Assembly (NCBI GenBank): GCA_037444665.1 | Contig: JBBILZ010000001.1 | Coordinates: 32,001-96,000 of the forward strand | Direction of reading: 5' to 3' | Source of the DNA: a candidate division WOR-3 bacterium | Lineage (GTDB): Bacteria; Hydrothermota; Tepidihabitantia; SM23-42; JAOAFX01 | Length of the DNA stretch: 64,000 nt | In this document: in pieces, positions 9,778 to 19,392 of the stretch | Numbering within the stretch: the first letter of the stretch is position 1 | Layout of the letters: every line of letters starts with the position of its first letter | Position numbers and translations under genes: made by a program | The notes under the pieces: model-generated | The model's database searches: none | Seen by the model: only the letters and a program-made list of their open reading frames with translations | Told to the model about the DNA's origin: nothing

Positions 9778-10441
9778 ATAACCTTCCTTCTTTTAAATTA
9801 TAAACAACATCACCTAATTTGGCAATATCCATTGCATGGGTCACCAGAATAATTGTCCTTCCTTCATCTTTTAGATGGAGCAACATCTCCATTAGTTTAT
9901 TTTTATTCTCATAATCAAGATTACCGGTCGGCTCATCTGCAAGAATCAATAAAGGATTATTGATCAATGCACGGGCAATAGCAACCCTTTGCCTCTCACC
10001 CCCGGACAATTCATCAGGAAATCTATTTTTTTTATCACTGATACCCAGTCGCTCCAGAATTCCCAATGCCTGCTCATTCATTTCCTTAACCTTTGCACCA
10101 TTTAAAATTGCGGGAACTATTACATTCTCCAGCACAGTAAAATCAGGTAATAGATGGTGAAATTGAAAAACAAAACCAATATATTTATTTCTAATCCGGG
10201 AAAGAGCCCGGTCATCATTGGCAAACAGGTCAACCTCATTGAACCAGACCCTTCCTTTTGTGGGTTGGTCAAGGCTACCCAGAATATTCAACAGTGTTGA
10301 TTTACCGCTGCCTGATGGTCCAAATATTACGACAAATTGGCCTTTTACTACTTTCAAATCAATACCCCTCAGAACATTTATTGTTTCGTTCTTTAAATAA
10401 TATGTTTTTTCAATATGTTCTGCAATCAGTAATTCACTCAT
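9767..10441 (-). CDS. lolD: Lipoprotein-releasing ABC transporter ATPase
   Basis: [38 protein letters not shown]. Confidence 0.88.
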   Translation of the reverse strand: MSELLIAEHIEKTYYLKNETINVLRGIDLKVVKGQFVVIFGPSGSGKSTLLNILGSLDQPTKGRVWFNEVDLFANDDRALSRIRNKYIGFVFQFHHLLPDFTVLENVIVPAILNGAKVKEMNEQALGILERLGISDKKNRFPDELSGGERQRVAIARALINNPLLILADEPTGNLDYENKNKLMEMLLHLKDEGRTIILVTHAMDIAKLGDVVYNLKEGRLYAM

Positions 10442-11633
10442 TGCGTAATGCCTCAACCGTTACTAACCGCGCCGCACGAAATGCGGGATAGATTGTAGCA
10501 AAGAAACTTGTCACTATTGCTGCAATCGCTACTGCAATAAAATCATTGAGCGACATCTCTACAGGCAGGGTCTGAATAAAATAGACATCACCTGGCAGAT
10601 TTACAAATTGATATTTATTTAATAGTATGCATGCGATAAGAGAAAAAGCAATACCCAGTAATGTTCCGATAATACCCATTATGCTCCCCACAAAAATAAA
10701 TATCCTCATTATCTGATTTGTAGTAAAACCATAAGAACGTAGAATACCAATCTCTTTTGTCTTCTTCTTTACGATATTAACAAGGGTTCCAATGATATTA
10801 AATCCTGCGACAATGATGATTAAAGTCAGAACAATAAATGTCACGATCTTTTCCAATTTTAATGCCGCAAATACTGAATGATTTGATTCTATCCAGTCCT
10901 GAACCCGAAATGGATAGCCAATCCTTTCTTCAATAAGTTTAGCATAATAAGGTGTTTTATACACATCATCAACCTTTAGTTCTATTGCACTCACTGCATT
11001 ACCAATTTCAAAAAGTGCCTGCACATCCTTGATATTCATATAAACAATCGTTGCGTTGTAATCATAGACACCCAGGTCAAAGATTCCTTTAAGCACAAGC
11101 CTCTTTGCGCGGGGCAGGAGCCCAATCTGTTCAGTAAATGGAGATGTAACAATAAGTGTATCACCAACACCAGTCTTTAGATTGCGTGCCAGTTCAATGC
11201 CAATCACACAACCATCTTCAAGGTCAAAAACACCATCAATCATATGTTCATTAACTTCCGTAATCTTTTTTTCAAGTTCTACATCAACACCCCTTATCAC
11301 CACACCATCAGCATTCTTTTTATTTCGGATCAAAGATTTGGTTATGATAAATGGCGCCTTCGCCTTAATGAATGGCAGCCCCTCAAGTTTATCCATAACC
11401 TGTTGATAGTTTTCCAGTGGTTCATTGAAAAAGCGACGCACAATTATATGGGGTGTTCCACCAAGAATTCTCCGCCGTAACTCATTCTGGAAACCATTCA
11501 TTATTGATAGGGTGATGAGCAATGCGCTCACTCCGACAAAGATACCACCAATAGCAATGGCAGCAGATAGCGAGAAAAATCTCCGGTGCCGTGAACGGAG
11601 ATACCTTCTGGCAATAAAAAGTTCAACGAACAT
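10434..11633 (-). CDS. lolE: Lipoprotein-releasing ABC transporter permease LolC/E
   Basis: LSIMNGF, LKLEK, KEIGILR, PGDVYF; FtsX/MacB topology. Confidence 0.88.
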   Translation of the reverse strand: MFVELFIARRYLRSRHRRFFSLSAAIAIGGIFVGVSALLITLSIMNGFQNELRRRILGGTPHIIVRRFFNEPLENYQQVMDKLEGLPFIKAKAPFIITKSLIRNKKNADGVVIRGVDVELEKKITEVNEHMIDGVFDLEDGCVIGIELARNLKTGVGDTLIVTSPFTEQIGLLPRAKRLVLKGIFDLGVYDYNATIVYMNIKDVQALFEIGNAVSAIELKVDDVYKTPYYAKLIEERIGYPFRVQDWIESNHSVFAALKLEKIVTFIVLTLIIIVAGFNIIGTLVNIVKKKTKEIGILRSYGFTTNQIMRIFIFVGSIMGIIGTLLGIAFSLIACILLNKYQFVNLPGDVYFIQTLPVEMSLNDFIAVAIAAIVTSFFATIYPAFRAARLVTVEALRNE

Positions 11634-13056
11634 CTTCCTTCCTCATCTGGGGAAAGAGAATCACATCACGAATTGATGGTTGGTTAAGAAGTATCATACA
11701 TAAGCGGTCAACACCGATTCCCAGACCACCTGTGGGCGGCATCCCATATTCTAATGCCTCAAGAAAATCTTCATCAATCTCACCAATTCCTTCTTCTTTC
11801 TGGGCAAGTTGCTGCTCAAATCTCCTGCGTTGTTCAATCGGGTCATTCAATTCAGAAAAGGCATTCGCAACTTCCAGACCAAAAATAATTAATTCAAACC
11901 TTTCAACCAGTAATGGATTGTCACGATGTTCTTTCGCCAGGGGCGAGATAACTTTTGGATAATCAATAACAAATGTCGGCTCAATTAAAGATTTCTGAAC
12001 AAGTTCACTAAAGAGTTTATCAATCTTATAGCCCATGGTTTGATTCTCGGTCTTTATCCCATACTTCTCGCATATACCATTCAATTCTTTTTCTGTTATC
12101 TTTATAATGTCCACACCCAAATTTTTATTGAGTGCCTCAGTATATTTTATTTTTTTAAATGGCACATTTATAGTAATATCTTTATCCTGAAATATAATTT
12201 TATTATCAGGATAGAGATTTTTAACCAGATATGAAATCAAATTTTCCACCAGTTCCATTATTCCCTGATAATCAGTATATGCCTGATATGCCTCAATCAT
12301 TGTAAATTCTGGATTATGGAAGCGGTCCAGCCCTTCATTACGAAAATCCTTGCAAAGTTCCCAGACCTTTTCATAACCACCAACAATCAATCTCTTTAAA
12401 TACAATTCATCAGCAATACGCAGATACATCTCCTGGTCAAGTGCATTATAAAAGGTCTTAAATGGTCTTGCTGCTGCACCTCCGTATATCGGCTGTAATA
12501 CCGGAGTTTCAACTTCAAGAAAACCCTGCCCATTAAAAAAATTGCGCAGATGGGAAATGAGCATTGAGCGCCTTTTAAATACCTCTCTTACCTCTTGATT
12601 AGCAATCAGGTCAAGATACCTCTTGCGATAACGAATTTCTATATCTTTCAGACCATGCCATTTCTCAGGCAGTGGCTTCAAGGATTTTGAAAGCAGAACA
12701 AATTTTTCTACAAGGATCGTGATCTCCCCGGTCTTGGTCTTGAACACCTTTCCCTGAACACCAATAAAATCACCAATATCAAAATTTTCAAAAAGTTTAA
12801 AATTCTCGCCGAGTTCTTGTTGCCGCAGATAAATCTGGAGTCTTTCGTTCTCGTCTTGCAATGTTGCAAATATGGTCTTGCCATGGCTCCTTATCGCTAT
12901 GATCCTACCGGCGGTGCTGACCTCGGTCTGGGCATTACTCAATTCTTCAAATTTTTCTTTTATCTGGACAAAGTTATGGCTCCGATCAAATCTATACGGA
13001 TAGGGATTAATCTGGAAATCCCGTAATCTTTTAAGTTTGTTTAGTCTCTCTTCCAT
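11623..13056 (-). CDS. lysS: Lysine--tRNA ligase (class II)
   Basis: PLPEKWHGL, YRKRYLDL, FRNEG, HNPEF, ELNDP, YGMPPTGGLGIG. Confidence 0.98.
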   Translation of the reverse strand: MEERLNKLKRLRDFQINPYPYRFDRSHNFVQIKEKFEELSNAQTEVSTAGRIIAIRSHGKTIFATLQDENERLQIYLRQQELGENFKLFENFDIGDFIGVQGKVFKTKTGEITILVEKFVLLSKSLKPLPEKWHGLKDIEIRYRKRYLDLIANQEVREVFKRRSMLISHLRNFFNGQGFLEVETPVLQPIYGGAAARPFKTFYNALDQEMYLRIADELYLKRLIVGGYEKVWELCKDFRNEGLDRFHNPEFTMIEAYQAYTDYQGIMELVENLISYLVKNLYPDNKIIFQDKDITINVPFKKIKYTEALNKNLGVDIIKITEKELNGICEKYGIKTENQTMGYKIDKLFSELVQKSLIEPTFVIDYPKVISPLAKEHRDNPLLVERFELIIFGLEVANAFSELNDPIEQRRRFEQQLAQKEEGIGEIDEDFLEALEYGMPPTGGLGIGVDRLCMILLNQPSIRDVILFPQMRKEDVR

Positions 13057-13103
13057 AAAGAATAATACACCAAACTATTGAAAAGTCAACTGCTGAAGTA
13101 AAA

Positions 13104-14408
13104 TTATGATTTTTTATAACAGAGCCTTGCCCAGTCAAATGCCTCAACAACATATTTGATAAATCTTCTCAACTCATTCTGATGTTTTCTGAATGCGGTA
13201 TTAAGGATATTCTCACACAATTTTTGTTCTATTTCAAAATCTACATATGCAGTTTTGTATATACACAATAGATTATCAAAGATTATTTCAAAATCACCCC
13301 TGCTGAATTTTCTTAACAACACTTTATTTTTAATAAATCTCGTGGTCCAATCATCTTCCGCGGGGGTTGTGGCAATTACCAGTAGAATATTTGTTTCTTT
13401 ATAGGCATAGGGCGTGGGACGAACACGATTATGTAGCAGACGGTCATCAATCTTTTTCATATCTTTGTCATTCAAGGCAATACGTACCAACCCTTCAAGA
13501 AATGCCATACCCCTTTGTTGGAAATGATACTCCCAGATATGGTTCAACTCCTCAAATTCATCAATGATAATTACCAGACCACTGAGTCCAATCTGTTTTG
13601 TCAGATAACTGATACCACTGAGAATATAATTATAAAAATCTGCAGCCGTAGAAAAATCATACAATGCCGGGATCTGCTGTCCACCCTTTATCCGATAAGG
13701 TGCTTCATGGTCTGTTGCATATTCTTTTGTAGATTCGCCTTCTATCCATTGATAAAAGACTTCACTATATTTATCATTATCATCTTGCATATCTTTAATT
13801 TTTTTGAGGACCGGGGTTAAAAAACAATGGTCAGGCATCGGTATTTCAACTGATTGCCTCAATAAGTCACGGAATCCATATTCACAATTATCTTTGATAA
13901 ATCTTAAACTATACACAAGTTCGTGATATATTTTTTTCGGCCGATACGGTGGGGTTTCCTGAATATGGAGCACACAATAGGTTGTAGCCACACCCTGTCT
14001 TAATGATAGATGCCGGAGGTATTCAGCAAGATGGGTCTTTCCTGAGCCATATTCACCCTCAATTAAAAAGACACCACCGCTCCCCTTTTTTAAATTATCC
14101 AGTGATTTCTGAAACAGGTCTATTTCATATGCCCGACCAAAGGTAAAGTGTTCAATACCCTGATATGGAACAACGCCCATTCTGAGCGCCTCAATTATCC
14201 TTCGGGACGAAATTCTGTCTAATTCTATTTCTTCAACATTCAGTTTTTTTAGCCATTTTGTCGGAAGCCAGAGGACCAATCCACTACGGAATTGGACGCG
14301 GGACTCAATATCGTTCCATCTTGTTTCAAGGACCACGCCTTCACCAAAAATATTATGGACAACTATGTTAAAATTCTTCTTGTTCAACTTCTTCTTTTTC
14401 TTTATCAA
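13104..14408 (-). CDS. DUF2791/BrxD-like P-loop ATPase with a small N-terminal SH3/Tudor-like domain
   Basis: IIEALRMGVVP, GEYGSGKTH, WIEGE, GLVIIIDEFE; start uncertain (TTG 14408 or 14387). Confidence 0.75.
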   Translation of the reverse strand: MIKKKKKLNKKNFNIVVHNIFGEGVVLETRWNDIESRVQFRSGLVLWLPTKWLKKLNVEEIELDRISSRRIIEALRMGVVPYQGIEHFTFGRAYEIDLFQKSLDNLKKGSGGVFLIEGEYGSGKTHLAEYLRHLSLRQGVATTYCVLHIQETPPYRPKKIYHELVYSLRFIKDNCEYGFRDLLRQSVEIPMPDHCFLTPVLKKIKDMQDDNDKYSEVFYQWIEGESTKEYATDHEAPYRIKGGQQIPALYDFSTAADFYNYILSGISYLTKQIGLSGLVIIIDEFEELNHIWEYHFQQRGMAFLEGLVRIALNDKDMKKIDDRLLHNRVRPTPYAYKETNILLVIATTPAEDDWTTRFIKNKVLLRKFSRGDFEIIFDNLLCIYKTAYVDFEIEQKLCENILNTAFRKHQNELRRFIKYVVEAFDWARLCYKKS

Positions 14409-15624
14409 GGAGCTCTGCTACACGCGCCTTGAATATTGTCATTGCTGTATTTTTGTCAATCGGTTGATTGTTCTCTCTTATCCTCTGAAATGCCTCAATT
14501 ATTCCCACAACAAAAGTGCGGCGATAAAATATATCAAGTATCTGTTTTTCAAGAACCGCTGCAATCATATTTTTTAGGGAGATTGAAAGGGTATTTGAAT
14601 CAAATTCAAAATTATATGCAGATTCAAATACTTTTGCCAGCCTCTCCCCTAATTTTTGTAAAAATTCTTCTGGATTCATCTCTATCTTTTCCAGGTCAAT
14701 TTTAACTCCGGTAGGATTTATCTTTGTAAAACTTGAGCGCAACCTCTGTTTCAATGCCTCATATACTCCACCTGTCCCTTCAAGCAAAAGATGTTCATCA
14801 GGGACCGCATAAAAGAATATAGCACCGGGCAATCGGGAATTTCCACACTCGTCAATAATCTGGCGGAGATTGTCCAGGGCACGGCGTTTATCCTTTGTTG
14901 AAGAGATGCTCATACCCCTCTCTGCCTCATCAAATAAGAAAATAATACCATTATAACCGATTATATTCACAAATTGGATAAAACTCCTTAGCATCCTGAA
15001 GGCAGTAGAGCGGTCTATCCTTTCTGCAATACGATGTTGCAGTTTCAATTCTCTTACTATATCCTCACCCTTTAACCACTGGACTAAAGAATAAAATCTT
15101 TCCTCATCATCAGCCGCAAGGCTCTTGAGTGCTTCTTTAATACAATTTGTATAACTTGTGCTTTCAAGATTTTTTATGAGTGAAGCAAAATCTCTATCAT
15201 CGCGAACACGATAATACCATTTACGAAGCAAAGCCTCTATACCTAATTCCCAGGGGCTCAGCATCTCCTGTTCTGTCAAAGGTGTGCTGATATTTGAAAC
15301 AATCTTTTTATAGACCAATTCCAGCCTATCAAATGGACATTCTGTAGCGCTCAATGATACATAACTTGTAATATAATTGTATTTCCAGGCAAGGTTTCTG
15401 ATTGAATATAAAAAATGTGTCTTACCTCCACCATAATTGCCCGTAATCAATTTAAATGTAGAGATGCTCTGCCTGCCCGGAAAATTAAAATAGTCATTTT
15501 CTAACACATTCAAATAAGGTTCAAGCCCGACTGTAAAATATTCAATGCCAAATTCAGGTGGCGTTCCAAAACCACCGAGTTTATCTATTATTCTTCTTGC
15601 AATCACTTGATTTATCCTGCTCAT
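14368..15624 (-). CDS. DUF2791/BrxD-like P-loop ATPase
   Basis: GTPP, FKLITGNYGGGKTHFL, WLKGE, GYNGIIFLFDEAE, LRQIID, YEALKQRL; GGAG RBS. Confidence 0.8.
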   Translation of the reverse strand: MSRINQVIARRIIDKLGGFGTPPEFGIEYFTVGLEPYLNVLENDYFNFPGRQSISTFKLITGNYGGGKTHFLYSIRNLAWKYNYITSYVSLSATECPFDRLELVYKKIVSNISTPLTEQEMLSPWELGIEALLRKWYYRVRDDRDFASLIKNLESTSYTNCIKEALKSLAADDEERFYSLVQWLKGEDIVRELKLQHRIAERIDRSTAFRMLRSFIQFVNIIGYNGIIFLFDEAERGMSISSTKDKRRALDNLRQIIDECGNSRLPGAIFFYAVPDEHLLLEGTGGVYEALKQRLRSSFTKINPTGVKIDLEKIEMNPEEFLQKLGERLAKVFESAYNFEFDSNTLSISLKNMIAAVLEKQILDIFYRRTFVVGIIEAFQRIRENNQPIDKNTAMTIFKARVAELLDKEKEEVEQEEF

Positions 15625-15648
15625 ATCCTCTCAACTCCTTACTACTTA

Positions 15649-16491
15649 CTACCTACTATCCTTCTCTATCGCCATATATCCATAATAAGTCCCTTCACCT
15701 TCTTCATCATCAGGTATCCAGATTGCCTGTTTTTTATCTGTGGTTGCATCAAATGTTGCAACATATAGATGAATAGATTTCTGAGTGAATTCAGATTTTT
15801 TAAAAAGATACAAAAGATAAGCAAGTTCTACCCTTGAAAATTCACGATAGTTCTCTTTCCTGGGGTCAATAAAAAACTGCGGTGGTTGTTGTAAGAACAC
15901 ATACTCATCCAATACATCTACGAGAAGCACCTTTTCTCCATACGGTCGATTCAACAGGTTCAACCTTCTTTTGTATGCACTTTCAAGGTCAAGATAAAAT
16001 TCCTTTGGGTCAAATTTTTTCTTTTTCAATTCTTCGTCAAATTTTTTTATAGTCTGATAGACTGTTTCCGGTTCAAGAGGGATTTTGGACTTTAATTTCT
16101 CAATCTGTGGTCCAAAATACAGGGCTGCCTCGCCAAATTCAAAGTTTAAAACAAGGGTATAAAAACCGACTCTTAATATTGGATACTGGCCCTTTATTAT
16201 TCTGTTATCCTGTTGGAAAAGTGTTTTGAGTTTTTCACCGAATGCAAAGCGAAATTCCTCTTTTGCCTTTTCAACCTCTTTCTTTTCCTGATTGAGCCAG
16301 TCAATTAACTGGTTTTTCAAATCAAATTCTGCAAGGCTATTCGCAATTTTTAAGAGTTCAGAAACTCTTTTCTCCATAATATAGGCATTATCTACTGGAC
16401 TCTCTTTTAATTTCGCATAGTCGTTTATCAATTTTGTTATTTTACCTGCTGCCTTTATCAATCCCTTGAATCCTTCTACAATCTCTTTCAT
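15649..16491 (-). CDS. Hypothetical protein (coiled-coil N-terminus), first gene of the DUF2791 operon
   Basis: 280-aa ORF from ATG 16491, downstream of TTGACA(16530-25), 17 bp, TATTAT. Confidence 0.75.
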   Translation of the reverse strand: MKEIVEGFKGLIKAAGKITKLINDYAKLKESPVDNAYIMEKRVSELLKIANSLAEFDLKNQLIDWLNQEKKEVEKAKEEFRFAFGEKLKTLFQQDNRIIKGQYPILRVGFYTLVLNFEFGEAALYFGPQIEKLKSKIPLEPETVYQTIKKFDEELKKKKFDPKEFYLDLESAYKRRLNLLNRPYGEKVLLVDVLDEYVFLQQPPQFFIDPRKENYREFSRVELAYLLYLFKKSEFTQKSIHLYVATFDATTDKKQAIWIPDDEEGEGTYYGYMAIEKDSR

Positions 16492-16577
16492 TAGCAGCAA
16501 TATAATAACCAAAAATATACCCGATGTCAATAAGTTTTTGGGAAAACAATCCTACTTTATCAAAGTTTTTTCAATCA

Positions 16578-16605
16578 TTGACTTATTAAAATTTCTGGTT
16601 AAAAT
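16578..16605 (+). promoter_or_regulatory. sigma70-type promoter of the cyclase-TPR operon
   Basis: TTGACT(16578-83), 16 bp, TAAAAT(16600-05), then AAGGT and ATG 16622. Confidence 0.65.
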
Positions 16606-16621
16606 GGATTGCAAGGTTATT

Positions 16622-19331
16622 ATGCAAACAAGCGAAAAGAGAACGAATAATCTATTCAACAGCAAGTTTTTTACCAAGGCAGATTGTAAAATCCAGAATC
16701 TCAGAAGAGAAAATTAAACCTTTTGAGACTATCAATGCAACACTCCTTTTTGCAGATATATCTGGATTCACGGCAATGAGTGAAAAACTTGCCCGCTTAG
16801 GCAAAGAAGGGGCAGAAGAAGTAAACAAGATAATCAACTCCTTTTTTGCTCCACTCATCAGTGTCGTGTATAAGTGGGATGGAGATATTTATCGGTTTGG
16901 TGGCGATGCTTTCTTAGCATTCTTCCCTGAAATGCCGGCAAAAGAGTTATCAAGCAAAAGGGCACTGAAAGCGGGTATTGAGATTTCAAAATTTGTTAAA
17001 GCCCATGAAATAACAAAGACCAAAGTAGGCTCATTCAAAATCAAAATCCATATCGGGTTGACAAAAGGCAAGATCTATTTTCAGGACCTGAAAAATAATT
17101 TCTTTCTTGGTGGCAGGATAGTAAATGATTTAATGAAAATGATTGACCTTGCTGGTCCTGGTCAGATTGTTGTCAGCTCTGATGTTAAAAAAGAACTACC
17201 TGAAGTAAGTTTTACACCAAAAGAGGATACCTGGCAATATCTCGGAATGAAAATGAAACCGGCTAAAACACAGACAGAAATTAGTAAATTCTCCCCTAAA
17301 ATATCTGATGATAAATTTACTACACTAAAAAATTATATTCCTGATTGGTTACTTAAAAGGATTGAATTGAAACCACATTTTGACCACAAGGATGGAGAAC
17401 ATAGAAAGATTGCGGTCATCTTTTTGCATTTTGCCGGTATCCCCTATGATAAAAATCCTAAACAGGCGAGCGCAATGCTGGAGAGATTGTATAAAATTGT
17501 GAGCCAGTCAGTAGAAAAATACGACGGCTGGATAAATGCAATTGATATCTATAAAGACAGCGAAAGATTTCTTGTGGTCTTTGGTTTTCCCAAAATTTAT
17601 GAAGATGATGAAAAGAGGGCTGTTCTTTTTGCCTATGAAATTCTGAACCATCCTGAATTAAAACGGTTGCATTTGAGGGCAGGGATAAACTCGGGTTCAG
17701 TCTTTGCCGCACCCGTAGGCAGTGAATTGAGGCGTGAATATGCAACATTGGGTGATGCAGTAAATCTTGCAGCAAGGCTTGCTGCCAAAGCACAGAACCA
17801 AACAATTGTAGCAAGCGAACCCATATTTAATAAAACATTTGGACTCTTTGATTATGAATTTTTAGGTGAACAGGAATTTAAAGGGAAAAAGAAAAAGATT
17901 AAGACATATAAGATAATCAGAAAAAAACAGATTGAAAAGAAGGCACTGACAAGATGGCTCTCTGAAAGTGAAAAGATTGTTGGTAGAGATAAAGAAATTA
18001 AAAAGATGCAAAACCTTGTCAGTTTATGTTCTACGGGAAAGGGACAGATTCTCGGAATTACTGGTGAGCCCGGGGTCGGAAAATCAAGACTGGTTCAGGA
18101 ACTTATTAAATTTACAGAAAAGGCAGGATACTATATTGTTAAAGGTGATTGCATTTCCTATGGCAGTGCCTTTTCATACCATCCCTGGGTAGAAATTTTA
18201 GAACAATTTTTTGATATTTCATCCAGCGATTCCTTAAAAATACGCACTAATAAAATAAAAGAGAAGTGCATCAGTGTTGATAAAAAACTTACTCAGTGGC
18301 TGCCAGTAATTGGCGAGGTTATGGGTGTTCCATTCTTAGAAACATCACTCACAAAATACTTAGATGCCAAGATAAAAAAACAGCGTGTTTTTGATATTAT
18401 CTTTGACTTCTTGAAATTTGTTGCCCGGACCAAACCAGTAAATGTAATTATTGAAGACCTGCACTGGGCTGATACTGCTTCAATGGAACTTGTGAATTAT
18501 ATTGGTAGAAACATTGAGGATAAACAGATACTTTTAACACTGGTCTATCGTCCATTAAAGAAAAAAGAAGAATTTATGGAGAAGGGCTGGACAACTGAAT
18601 TGAGTTTAAAAGAACTTTCAAAAGAAGAGAGTATTGAGCTCGTTCAACTTTTACTCAATATCAAAAATATCCCTGATGACCTGAAAAAAATTATTATTGA
18701 AAAATCACAGGGGAACCCTTTTTATATTGAAGAACTCGTAAAATCACTGATTGAGCAGGGCTATGTGATTGAAGAAAAAGGAACATGGAAATTTAAGGGT
18801 GATATAAAGAAACTTCAATTACCTGATACACTTGAGGCGGTTATCTTATCAAGGATTGACCGACTTGACCTGGAAGACCGTGATGTATTGCAGACCGCTT
18901 CAGTCCTGGGCAGGGAGTTTGATGAATTCTTGCTTGAACAAATATTCCCTGCGCCACAACTATTAAAAAAATCCCTTCATAATCTTGAGCGCCTTGATTT
19001 GATAAAACAGGAAGACAGCAAAGGAAAAAGGCATTACTTTTTCAAACATATCCTCACCCAGGAGGTTGCATATGGTACCCTGTCTTTTGCCCGCAAACAA
19101 GAACTCCATCGCCAGACCGGCAGATTTATAGAGACTGAACTTAAAGACCGAAAAGAAGAATTTCTGGGTCTGCTCTCTTACCACTTCTATGCGGGTGGAG
19201 ATTATGATAAATCTCTGCTCTATTCAGTTGAAGCAGGTGAAAAGGCAAAAAAGGTCTATGCCAATGAAGAGGCAATAGAATTCTTCACCCGGGCAATTGA
19301 TTCATACGAAAGATTGGAAGGAAAGATATAG
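16622..19331 (+). CDS. Tandem class III nucleotidyl cyclase (sAC/ADCY10-like) + STAND AAA ATPase lacking its C-terminal TPR array; apparent +1 frameshift near the 5' end
   Basis: LLFADISGFTAM lies upstream of the tracked ATG 16776; FGGDA; second domain GDAVNLAARL; GEPGVGKS, IIEDLHWAD, GNPF, ASVLGREF, FKHILTQEVAY. Confidence 0.88.
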
Positions 19332-19392
19332 ATTGCGGACACAAGATTATCTGACAGAAGATAAATGTAGTTCAGTTAGACAAAGTGAACAA

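Noticed and set aside
13104..16491. Complete BREX system
   Set aside because: No PglZ, PglX/methylase or BrxC/PglY gene is recognisable in the window.
19279..19392. Programmed +1 frameshift fusing the STAND core to TPR cassette 1
   Set aside because: The frames do overlap, but I see no slippery site, the linker is not TPR-like, and GTG 19393 gives the same N-terminus as cassettes 2 and 3. Not fully excluded.
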